A stretch of 64,000 nucleotides of DNA from an uncultured Acidobacteriota bacterium (GTDB lineage Bacteria > Acidobacteriota > Terriglobia > Acidiferrales > UBA7541). Within the stretch, counting starts at the first letter, position 1; each line of letters begins with the position of its first letter. Below the pieces are notes generated by a model, which saw only the letters and a program-made list of their open reading frames with translations, had not been told where the DNA came from and made no database searches. The stretch spans positions 456,756-520,755 of the forward strand of contig CAWAIG010000002.1 in assembly GCA_963782135.1 (NCBI GenBank). Direction: 5' to 3'. A program made the translations under genes and the position numbers. Below are positions 50,544 through 58,931 of this stretch, piece after piece.

Positions 50544-51175
50544 AAATGATCAATCGACGATATCGTTGCATAGTATTTACAGCCATCGCAATAGTCGCTT
50601 GTGGCCTGAGCACAGCGGAGGCTCAGAACGTCGGGCAAGTGGTCACCCTCCGGTCAATCGTCAAAAGTCAGCGCGTGCTCTCGATCGTTCCCTGGGCAGT
50701 TGACAGTAGGGACTTGCTGATGGTCGTCACTGAGCGACGCGTTGTCGTTGGTCGCGAAACAGGGCCGGCTCGGGACTTGACGATCTACCGCAGAGAGGGC
50801 GAAGCCCTCGTCAAGATTTTTGATTTGGAAACGCTCAACACGTTCGTTGCTGCATTACCGTCGAAGGAAGTCGGAGGTAGATTGTTCGTAGCATGGACTG
50901 CAGGGAGCGCATATCATTTCAACGTATTCGCCGCAGTTGGCGGCAAGATTAAGCAAGTTCTGGAAACGTCTTCACGTGGGATGCCGGAAATCTTTATCGA
51001 CGGGACTGAGAACGAGTCGATTCTTGTAACAAAAAAGATTCTTGTGAACGGTGAGTGGCGTCGTACAGACGATTCGACCACGGATATATATTCGTGGGAC
51101 GGCGAAAAATATGAACTGGTAAGAGATGTCCCTTGGAGCGCGCGGCTCACGACTGTCGCTGCAAGCCGACGCTAA
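50540..51175 (+). CDS. Putative immunity protein 1, exported
   Basis: ATGA overlap with the toxin stop; signal peptide ending TAEA-Q. Confidence 0.7.
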   Translation: MKMINRRYRCIVFTAIAIVACGLSTAEAQNVGQVVTLRSIVKSQRVLSIVPWAVDSRDLLMVVTERRVVVGRETGPARDLTIYRREGEALVKIFDLETLNTFVAALPSKEVGGRLFVAWTAGSAYHFNVFAAVGGKIKQVLETSSRGMPEIFIDGTENESILVTKKILVNGEWRRTDDSTTDIYSWDGEKYELVRDVPWSARLTTVAASRR

Positions 51176-51325
51176 TAATGGTTGGCTGTGTGCCACGGAC
51201 GCGGTTTCGCGTGTGCAGGTCTAGGGTCAACTCCTGGATCGACGGTCGCATGTGTGGTGCTCGAAAATTCCAAGACAATGCCGGGTGCATTGGCTGTTAA
51301 ACTCTATGCGACGAGGTAATGCGAA

Positions 51326-51535
51326 ATGACCGGCGTTATCATCAAGGATCAGGATATCCTCGGGGGCGAGCCCGTGTTCCGTGGAACCCGTGTTCCATTC
51401 AAAATCTTGATGGACTATCTGGAAGGTGGCGACACTCTGGATCAATTCCTCGAACAGTATCCGAGCGTTAGCCGGGATCTCGCCATCGCCGCCATCGAGG
51501 AAGCACGACTGAGCCTTGTCGCCCGTCTCAAATGA
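51326..51535 (+). CDS. DUF433 antitoxin-like protein
   Basis: DILGGEPVFRGTRVP...FLEQYPSV. Confidence 0.9.
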   Translation: MTGVIIKDQDILGGEPVFRGTRVPFKILMDYLEGGDTLDQFLEQYPSVSRDLAIAAIEEARLSLVARLK

Positions 51536-51864
51536 AAGTCCTGATTGACGAGTGCTCTCCCAAGGCGCTCAAGAGGCATCTCGCAGATCACGGCCATGAA
51601 TGTGTCACCGTTCAGCAAGCAGGGTGGGCCGGAAAGAAGAACGGAGAATTACTGGACCTAGCCGAACCTCTTTTTGACGTATTGGTCACCTTGGATACCA
51701 ACGTGCAATACCAGCAAAACTTGGCAGGTCGCAAACTTGCGGTCGTGGTCCTCCACTCCTCCTCGAATCGACTTGAGCACCTTCGCCAGTACTTTCCGGA
51801 ATGCGTGTCGGCCATTCAGAAAATCAAGCCAGGTCAAATCGTTCGGGTGGGAAACATCTCCTGA
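51532..51864 (+). CDS. DUF5615 PIN-like toxin
   Basis: MKVLIDEC...GWAGKKNGELL...LVTLDTN...QQNL; ATGA-coupled to DUF433. Confidence 0.88.
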   Translation: MKVLIDECSPKALKRHLADHGHECVTVQQAGWAGKKNGELLDLAEPLFDVLVTLDTNVQYQQNLAGRKLAVVVLHSSSNRLEHLRQYFPECVSAIQKIKPGQIVRVGNIS

Positions 51865-51874
51865 GTTCCCTTCA

Positions 51875-52486
51875 ATGCAAACCCATTCGCCCAAAACAGT
51901 GCCCAGTTGCGGATCAAAGCAAGCAACGAGCCGATATTACTACCGCGCCAGATACTACGACGCGAGCGTCGGCAGATTTCTCAACGAAGACCCACTCCGC
52001 TTTGCAGGCGGCGAAAACTCTTATCGTTACGTCATGAATAGCCCCACGTCAAGCAAGGACCCGCTAGGACTTTGGCAGTTCACAATTGGAGGTGGCGACC
52101 TTCTCGGAGCCAAGCTTACGTTTGGTAAGAACAGCGGGCAGTGGAATTTTGGAATTTTCTCTGGAGTAGGAGAAGGTGGATTCATTGATTATGATCCGAA
52201 GGACTCTGGAGGTTGCCACAAGTTCGGAGCAAACGCAGCGTTGAACGTGCACCTCGGCGTTGGCGGAGGACCCGCCTATGGCACGGTGGACGGAACACTC
52301 GAAGATAGAAATGACCCCACTGGAGAGGTCGAAGTGAAATTTCCGGCCGTTGGCGGCTTTAGGTGGGATCCCTATAAACCTCACGAACCACCGCACGGTT
52401 TTCTTGGCGTTGGAGAGGGGATCTTTGGTGGTATTGGCCTCATTTTCCATTCTGCTCCCGATGAATGTCATTGCAAGGAGGAATAA
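51875..52486 (+). CDS. Orphan Rhs C-terminal cassette 2: Gly-rich unknown toxin
   Basis: YYYRARYYD...EDPL...DPLGL followed by a Gly/aromatic-rich domain; homology starts ~51935. Confidence 0.75.
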   Translation: MQTHSPKTVPSCGSKQATSRYYYRARYYDASVGRFLNEDPLRFAGGENSYRYVMNSPTSSKDPLGLWQFTIGGGDLLGAKLTFGKNSGQWNFGIFSGVGEGGFIDYDPKDSGGCHKFGANAALNVHLGVGGGPAYGTVDGTLEDRNDPTGEVEVKFPAVGGFRWDPYKPHEPPHGFLGVGEGIFGGIGLIFHSAPDECHCKEE

Positions 52487-52497
52487 GAGACGCACCC

Positions 52498-52935
52498 ATG
52501 CGTACGAGATATTTTTGGGCTACGCTAAACTCGATTCTGATAGCCGGCTCGTTTAGAGAGGGGTACGTCTCACTTACTACTGACAAGCTGCGTCACACCA
52601 ACCCTGACCCGGTTTTGTGCTCGATCATCCTCCTGATAACGCCTCCTTTCGCAATCTGGGCCGTTGCGTACTCTCTTCGGCGTTGGAAGTCGGACCCTCT
52701 CCCACGCCCGTCGTGGAACAGAAACCCTCTCAACTGGTGGCGTGACCCTCTGCAGGCGCTCTTTATTTCGACGTGCGCAACGGCTGCGTTGGCTATAGGC
52801 AGCGCGTTCCAGCGGCCCACCTTCGGATCGGTTGGTTTTTGGACGCTAGGAGTGTACGCCTGTTTTGCCATTGGCCTATTTGTAGGACAGATTCTGGTGT
52901 ACCGAATCTATCGTCAACGCATCGCTTCCAGCTGA
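52498..52935 (+). CDS. Putative immunity protein 2, multi-pass membrane
   Basis: 11 nt after the toxin stop; 3-4 hydrophobic segments. Confidence 0.65.
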   Translation: MRTRYFWATLNSILIAGSFREGYVSLTTDKLRHTNPDPVLCSIILLITPPFAIWAVAYSLRRWKSDPLPRPSWNRNPLNWWRDPLQALFISTCATAALAIGSAFQRPTFGSVGFWTLGVYACFAIGLFVGQILVYRIYRQRIASS

Positions 52936-52970
52936 GGTGCTCTCCATTTTCCGCGAACGGGGAGATATGA

Positions 52971-53030
52971 TTTACGCTCAAATACGATCCCTCCGGCAGA
53001 AGAATCGAGAAAACCACTGCCAGCGCCACG
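52971..53030 (+). pseudogene. Rhs core relic
   Basis: Translates FTLKYDPSGRRIEKTTASAT versus SFKYDPFGRRIYKSSSSAT in the larger Rhs genes. Confidence 0.65.
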
Positions 53031-53102
53031 CAGAACCAGCGTATACAGTACTCAGAATAGTTAGAATCTATCGCCGGTTCCGCCCGCCGCCGAGGACGAC
53101 AT

Positions 53103-53654
53103 CTACCGCGCGGCAGAAATGATATGACCTAGGAGACTAAATCTCCTTGTTAGGAGCAGCGCTCCTACAATCGCAATGGCCAAACATAACTGAAGTACTC
53201 GAGGTGAGGATATCTTTGCCAGGAACACCACTAGCACACTCGCGAGTCCGCCCACAGCCCAACTCAAAATAATCAGCGGAGACCAGCCAAGGGCAATCCA
53301 ATCCTCTGAAGTGCGGGGCGGTTGCCAGAAGCGTTCCCACCCGTGAATCGCAAAGAGCGGTAACGCGTAAAATGCGACAAAACTTGCTACATATCCGAAG
53401 ACAAGACCGAGGGTCAGAAAAATAGGCACCCTCAAGTTCTTCTTCAGCGAATGATACAAATAAGCCGCCAGCAATGCCGTTGAGAACGGGAGGAAGATAC
53501 TCTCGTACTGATAGTATCTATCTTTTAAGAGCTGGCCGATGTTCAACGACGTGTCCACAGCTCCTTGGGCAAGCAGCATGCTGGCAAAACAAATGAAGAA
53601 GGACTTAGTCAATATTTTTCTTTGGTTGTGATCCGCGTCGTAAGTTATCTCCAT
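53103..53654 (-). CDS. Putative immunity protein 3, multi-pass membrane
   Basis: Directly downstream of cassette 3; ~5 hydrophobic segments. Confidence 0.65.
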   Translation of the reverse strand: MEITYDADHNQRKILTKSFFICFASMLLAQGAVDTSLNIGQLLKDRYYQYESIFLPFSTALLAAYLYHSLKKNLRVPIFLTLGLVFGYVASFVAFYALPLFAIHGWERFWQPPRTSEDWIALGWSPLIILSWAVGGLASVLVVFLAKISSPRVLQLCLAIAIVGALLLTRRFSLLGHIISAAR

Positions 53655-53677
53655 AGTGTTAATCCTTAGCCCTAGAT

Positions 53678-54385
53678 CTAGTGCGTGTAGTACATAATCG
53701 GGGGCTTCGGGGTGAGCCGTTGGTATAAAATCCTATGTTGCTCCTCGAGGAAAAAATCGTCTTTTGCTTTCATCAGCTGATTTTGGAGACTACCTGGCCA
53801 CCTTGTCTGTGAAAGGTTCGCGAATGGGCCGATACCTTTGAGTGCACCAGATACGCTCAATGCGCATGTGAAGCCTCGCTGATCTCCCTGCTCTAGGAGA
53901 CGTTTTGCTATTTGCGCCTCCTCCGCCGACGTGGTTTTAAATCGGTATGTGTACACCGTGCTCCCAGTTTGCTTTTGATATCGTATGTACGCATCTAAAT
54001 TGGCATCAGCCCCCTGAAAGTAACCACCGCTTCCCCGTGTAGCATTCTCATAGCTACCGGCTGGGTCGTAGAGGACCGGTCCTGGGTCTAATTTGTCGCC
54101 GCTTGCATTGCTGTCTATCAAGACAGCTGAATGGTCTCCCACATCCAATCCGCCATAGCTGCCTTTTGTAATTATGATTACCGTGTCCAGACCTGACGGG
54201 TCGACTACCAGAGCTGGGCTATTCATCGCGTACGCGTAGAAATCGACACCTGCAGCGAATCCTGTCGGATCCTCCGATACAAATCGACCTGTGATCGGAT
54301 CATAGTATCTGGCGCGGTAATACGATTCGGCTGAGACTTCAAGGGCGGGCATATTGGGGTTAGGGAGCCGCGCAGGCTCTCTCAT
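53678..54385 (-). CDS. Orphan Rhs C-terminal cassette 3: possible permuted papain-like toxin
   Basis: YYRARYYDP...EDP...DPSGL then GDHSAVLID...YDPAG...TCALSVSGAL...WPGSL; homology starts ~54322. Confidence 0.72.
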   Translation of the reverse strand: MREPARLPNPNMPALEVSAESYYRARYYDPITGRFVSEDPTGFAAGVDFYAYAMNSPALVVDPSGLDTVIIITKGSYGGLDVGDHSAVLIDSNASGDKLDPGPVLYDPAGSYENATRGSGGYFQGADANLDAYIRYQKQTGSTVYTYRFKTTSAEEAQIAKRLLEQGDQRGFTCALSVSGALKGIGPFANLSQTRWPGSLQNQLMKAKDDFFLEEQHRILYQRLTPKPPIMYYTH

Positions 54386-54717
54386 CGAGTTGAGTGTAAT
54401 CCTGGACCCTTAGAACTCAAATGGCCGGGCCTCCAAGATCCTCTTCCCGGCTCAGGCTCTGCCCCACACGCCGGGTGGCACAGACGATAAATTCTATGAC
54501 GATTCTGGGTGCCTCATAAGCTGGTTTTGCGTGTGCCGGTTTAGAGGCAACATCATGTTAGATGTGAGCGATGCGCTGAACCGCTGGGCCAATCTAACGC
54601 CCCAAACCAGTGGCCGACTCGTACCGACGCCGGGGTCGAAGATGTGGTCGCCCAGGATTCTACGTCCAGCTAGGAGTCCGGCGGGTGGCCGATAGGTTCA
54701 GCCTAGATGCGGTTTTG

Positions 54718-54840
54718 GGTGACCGTTCCGCCAAAGCCCGACACGGTTACGCTCGTCATGCTATTCTCATAGTCTCAGAAATACTGCTTCGTCCCGGTTG
54801 GGTCTACCTTCGTCGCGTGTTGCCGTCGCTGTCGTAGACG
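54718..54840 (-). pseudogene. Degenerate Rhs core relic
   Basis: VYDSDGNT/TKVDPTGTKQYF*DYENSMTSVTVSGFGGTVT versus TYDNNGNTLTKVVGSNTTQYFWDYENRMSSVTLPGSGGTVS; one frameshift, one stop. Confidence 0.75.
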
Positions 54841-54859
54841 TGGATCGCTGGACCGCACA

Positions 54860-56011
54860 TCAATGCGAGAGGGCGACTGCCTCATTGGGCCTAGCAATTT
54901 GAATGTACCCATCGACTCTGCCCCCTATGCTAAGCTCAGCCAGCCTATCAGCCTCGGTTTTCACATAGATATGCTTGTCTGCGACAGCAATGTTGGAACT
55001 GATTTTGCCCTCAAGTTTCATTCTCCAGCGCAATTTACCGGTCGGAACTTCACGCGCTTCCACTATTCGATCACCCCGGCTAAAAAATACCAGGCCGTCT
55101 GCGACAGCGACCGGCACCGAAGGTTTCGGCAGTGATTCCCGGAAGGCCACTTTCCCACTCTCAAGATCAATGAACCAAAGGGATGCTGCGCCTGCCACGA
55201 GTAGATTGCCCTCAATAATTGGCGAAAATCGAGTAACTTCATCGGGGATTGATTTGGACCACAGGGTTTCGGCGTTACTTGCCCGCACCGCCTGGAAGGA
55301 CGTGCCTTGCCCTCTCTCATAACCAGAGAGAATCACCGAATCCTTGTAGAGGAGAACGGGGGTTCGCGATACGCCCTCAACCCGCACAGGAAGAGCTCTG
55401 CCAAGATGTCCATCTGCGCAGGAGACGGAGATTAACTGCTGTTTGTTTTCAGCATCTCCCTTATCAGCGGCTAAGAAAAAAGCATTGTCGTCGAGAATTG
55501 CCGGGGGAAAGAGGAATAGGAACGGTAGCGAGTCAGTTTTCCAATCGTTGCTACCCGTCATAGCATTGAAGGCGGATACAGCCCTATGCCAATAGTCAGG
55601 GAGAAGGACCTCCGCCCCACATAAGACGGGTGAAGCGTTCCCCCCCAAGCTGACGAATGGAACACGCCAATCGGTCTTTCCGGTAACCAAATCCAATTTG
55701 ATCAATTCTGAATTCGAATTGGCCTTCGTTGCGGCCACATATAGCGCGCTTGAGCTGAACGCTGCCTTCGTAAACACGCCCAGGCCCTCGTCATGAAAGT
55801 TCCAGAGCACCGATCCTGCGTTAGCATCAATTGCCGCCAAGTTACCCGGGCCAGCTTGGGCGTAGACAATGCCAGCATTCCCAACAACGAAGCTCAGAGG
55901 GTTCGTAGCCTCAGCGCTCGAACGTCGAACACTAAGGTAGCCCGCAGCCAAAAGTGCGCAAAAGACTAGTAGGCCGCTGGCCTTGCCGAGCAATGAGTAG
56001 GTCCGATTCAT
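54860..56011 (-). CDS. PQQ-like beta-propeller protein, putative immunity protein 4
   Basis: Repeated A(I/F)(D/N)AxxGxxxW-type blades; N-terminal hydrophobic segment; directly downstream of Rhs toxin 4. Confidence 0.75.
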   Translation of the reverse strand: MNRTYSLLGKASGLLVFCALLAAGYLSVRRSSAEATNPLSFVVGNAGIVYAQAGPGNLAAIDANAGSVLWNFHDEGLGVFTKAAFSSSALYVAATKANSNSELIKLDLVTGKTDWRVPFVSLGGNASPVLCGAEVLLPDYWHRAVSAFNAMTGSNDWKTDSLPFLFLFPPAILDDNAFFLAADKGDAENKQQLISVSCADGHLGRALPVRVEGVSRTPVLLYKDSVILSGYERGQGTSFQAVRASNAETLWSKSIPDEVTRFSPIIEGNLLVAGAASLWFIDLESGKVAFRESLPKPSVPVAVADGLVFFSRGDRIVEAREVPTGKLRWRMKLEGKISSNIAVADKHIYVKTEADRLAELSIGGRVDGYIQIARPNEAVALSH

Positions 56012-56042
56012 GACATCTTTAGCCTCAGGAAAGTTTCAAAAC

Positions 56043-57808
56043 CTAATACCCGCATAGCTTGGGGTTACGAGCACACGCGCAATTTATACCCCACAACTGG
56101 CACTCAAGGCCGAATGCCTCCTTCTCCTGATCCATATCGGAGAGTTTAGGGCCTGTCATATCGTTCTGATAGCAGGAATGCACCATTTCATGTGCCACAG
56201 TTGACTTAACACCAGTGCAGCCTCCTAACCCTCGGCTTCCATTGGGCGTTATAAAGATGGTGCCCGGAGAAAAGTCGTTGTGATACCCACACGCCGTCGG
56301 CGTTTTCTTTGGTGGGGGTCCACATTTGACATCTGGGTCGTTCGCGAGCTTCTGAAGGCAATTCTGATACTTTTGGAAAACGGCGCTCTTGCTGGCTGCG
56401 GCTCCTGTAAAACCCTGCTGCAGTTGTTTAAGACCGTCCTTGATTTTCTTCTCATCGCAACACGGCGCGGCAGGCTTAGCCTGCAATCCGTTCGGGTCTT
56501 TGAAGCCGATTGGGGAATTTTCAACATACCCATAGAAATTGACTCCGCCAGACAAAAAACTGGCGGGATCTTCGCTTACGAATCGCCCAGCAAATACATC
56601 GAAGTATCTGGCGCGGTAGTAATAAAGGTTGGTTTCCGAATCGAATTCGCGGCCGGTATAGCGGAAGGAATTTACTAGTGAGCCTGTCGACGCGGTCAAA
56701 TTACCGAACGAGTCGTAGGTGTAGGTGTTCGCTATCGAACCAGCTGAGTTGCTTAGCGAGGTGATCGATCCGAGGCCGTCGGCCTGGTAATAGCTCGTCG
56801 TGGAGCTTCGCAGCATCGCTAGTGGCTCATCGATGTTTAGTCCTTGAGAATATCGGGCCACGGAAGTGCCTGACGAATTGGTTTCCTCCACGAGATTGTC
56901 GCCGTCGTACGCGAAAACGCTCGTGGCCGAGGAAGAAGACTTGTAGATTCTGCGGCCGAAAGGATCGTACTTGAAGCTCACCGTCCCGCCGGAGCCGGGC
57001 AAGGTGACGCTGCTCATGCGGTTTTCGTAGTCCCAGAAGTATTGCGTCGTGTTCGAACCCACAACTTTCGTCAGCGTGTTGCCATTGTTGTCGTAGGTGT
57101 AGGTGGCGTTCGAAGTGGAGGTCAACTCGTTCGAGGAATTATTCGTGTAAGAGGAAACTCCTAGCGAACTGAGGCGGTTGCCCACCGGATCGAAGCTGTA
57201 GCTCTCGGTCGCGCTCGTTCCCTGCTTGGCTTGCGTCAGCTCGTAAATGGAATCGTAGGTATAGTTCGAGGTTACACCAGCGTATAGATCGGACTTCGCC
57301 GTGCGGTTTCCGGCGTTATCCACCGTGTAGCTTGCGCCATCCAAGGTTGTGCCGGACTTGGCGTGCGTAACCGAGAGCAACCGAGACAAATTGTCGTAAC
57401 TGTAGCTAGTGTTCACGCTGTTCGGACGCGTCAAACTAGTGCGGCGGCTCAGCGCATCATAGCCGAACCCGAAATTGCCGCTCGAAATCGCCGTGGGCGG
57501 TGTCAGCGTCTGCAACCGATTCAGCGTGTCATACGCATACGTGCTCGAACCGCTCTCCGGGTCGGTGAACCCGGTGCGGTTTGAAGCGGCGTCGTAGCTG
57601 TACGCGGTAGTGAAGTTCCGCGACGTCAGGAAACTGTAGCTCGTCGTGGTGCCCGTCAGCCGCCCCATGTTGTCGAACGTGAAGGAATAAGTACCCGTGG
57701 GGTCAACGACCTGGGTCAAACGCGAGTCGTTATCGTACGTATAATTCACCGTGGTGGTATCAGGATACGTTTTCTGCGTTAGCCGGTTCAACTGGTCGTA
57801 AGTGTAGG
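56043..57808 (-). pseudogene. 5'-truncated Rhs (YD repeats + core) with Cys-rich HEMVH metallopeptidase-like tip
   Basis: YD repeats, FRYTGREFD...DPNGL, VAHEMVH...EKEAF; homology stops at 57808 and the ORF start lies in unrelated DNA. Confidence 0.82.
56965..57808 (-). repeat. ~840-bp near-identical duplication of Rhs core DNA (other copy ~59902-60745)
   Basis: Line-by-line near identity at an offset of 2937 bp. Confidence 0.88.
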
Positions 57809-57817
57809 TGACGGTCA

Positions 57818-57903
57818 CCAGTACAAGAAGAAAGACGGCCAACCATTGGCCGTTGCCAGCCAGCACCCCGTCTCGCTCCTCTGAAGGTCTGGTTCAAGTG
57901 GTT
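57818..57903 (+). pseudogene. 86-bp fragment of a paralogue of the 48832 tyrosine recombinase
   Basis: QYKKKDGQPLAVASQH/RLAPLKVWFKW matches 48972-49058 with mostly synonymous changes and a 1-nt deletion. Confidence 0.85.
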
Positions 57904-57917
57904 AAAGCGATCTACCC

Positions 57918-58109
57918 TTGCTCGAACTGACCGAACTGGAAACCGCGCGACTGAACGAGTTTCTAGTGCACGAAGCCTGGCAGGATGACAATGTGCGGCT
58001 GGTGATGAGCAACTCGGAAATCGACTACACGGTGGCGCAGACCTGCTTGGCAGCCATCGTCGACATCTCGCGTTTTCCGAACCCCAAGCAGCTGAGCTCG
58101 CGTCTGTGA
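57918..58109 (+). pseudogene. IS110-family transposase fragment
   Basis: VRLVMS..IDYTVAQTCLAAIVDISRFPNPKQLSS resembles the Transposase_20 L.TIPG...A...AEIGD..RF...K.L.SY region. Confidence 0.6.
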
Positions 58110-58136
58110 GGGTGTTTTCATTCGCATCTACTCCAA

Positions 58137-58928
58137 TCATTTTACCCCGGATGAGCTTTGGTAGCAGACCTCCGTTTCTCCCGGCTTGCATATGAATTCA
58201 ACAGATTTGGCTGCTTCGGATTCGGTTGGTGGTAGCTCTTCGTGAACGAACGGGTTCACCCACGGATAGTGCGCATCAAAGATGAACCAGTTGTCCTCGC
58301 GGAGATACACTTCGATGTTTGGTGTCCCAATGAGACGAGCAATCGATTTAGCAAAAGCCTCAGCCTCCTCAGATGTGGCGCTCTGGGGCACCTGAATATA
58401 GAGGTGCGGCACTAGTCGTTTTCCTTTGCCGAATCCCTGATCGACAAAACTCACGTGCAGTAAGTTCAGTAGCAGGCTATTTACGACTGGCTTAAAAGCG
58501 TTTTGTCCAAAGATTGGGATTTCTTCAATCTTGCCATCCGGGTAGCGAATGCGGAGTGTGGCGGAGGGCCCATACTTGAGAAGAATGGCCGCTCCGAATC
58601 TCCGCTCTCTTATCCGGTCCTCAAACTCACTCTTCCACAGTCCATACGTAATATCGAAGACGTTCTTGCCCATGAAGTCGAGCGCTACTTTTTTTTCCGT
58701 GAACACTCCGACCTGGAGCAAATTCACACCGCCATTGGCAGAGACGTAATCTGTTGCCAACTGGAGGAGGACATCTTTCTTGAACTCGGTCTTAGGAATG
58801 GATAGCAAGTAGAAAGCAAGTCCGTCTGCTTTCTGCCTTGCGACAAGAGTAGCCTTCACTGTAGCCGGCGTCGGAGGCGAGCACATGGCTGAGATTAAGA
58901 CAAACAATACTGAGAGCGTATTCCGCAT
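58137..58928 (-). CDS. Putative immunity protein 5, exported
   Basis: Starts 3 nt after the Rhs stop; hydrophobic leader MRNTLSVLFVLISAMCS. Confidence 0.7.
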   Translation of the reverse strand: MRNTLSVLFVLISAMCSPPTPATVKATLVARQKADGLAFYLLSIPKTEFKKDVLLQLATDYVSANGGVNLLQVGVFTEKKVALDFMGKNVFDITYGLWKSEFEDRIRERRFGAAILLKYGPSATLRIRYPDGKIEEIPIFGQNAFKPVVNSLLLNLLHVSFVDQGFGKGKRLVPHLYIQVPQSATSEEAEAFAKSIARLIGTPNIEVYLREDNWFIFDAHYPWVNPFVHEELPPTESEAAKSVEFICKPGETEVCYQSSSGVK

Positions 58929-58931
58929 TGT

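Noticed and set aside
49786-58136. Integron with attC cassettes
   Set aside because: The recombinase shows no IntI-specific insertion that I can see, cassettes are in both orientations, and I found no consistent RYYYAAC...GTTRRRY sites.
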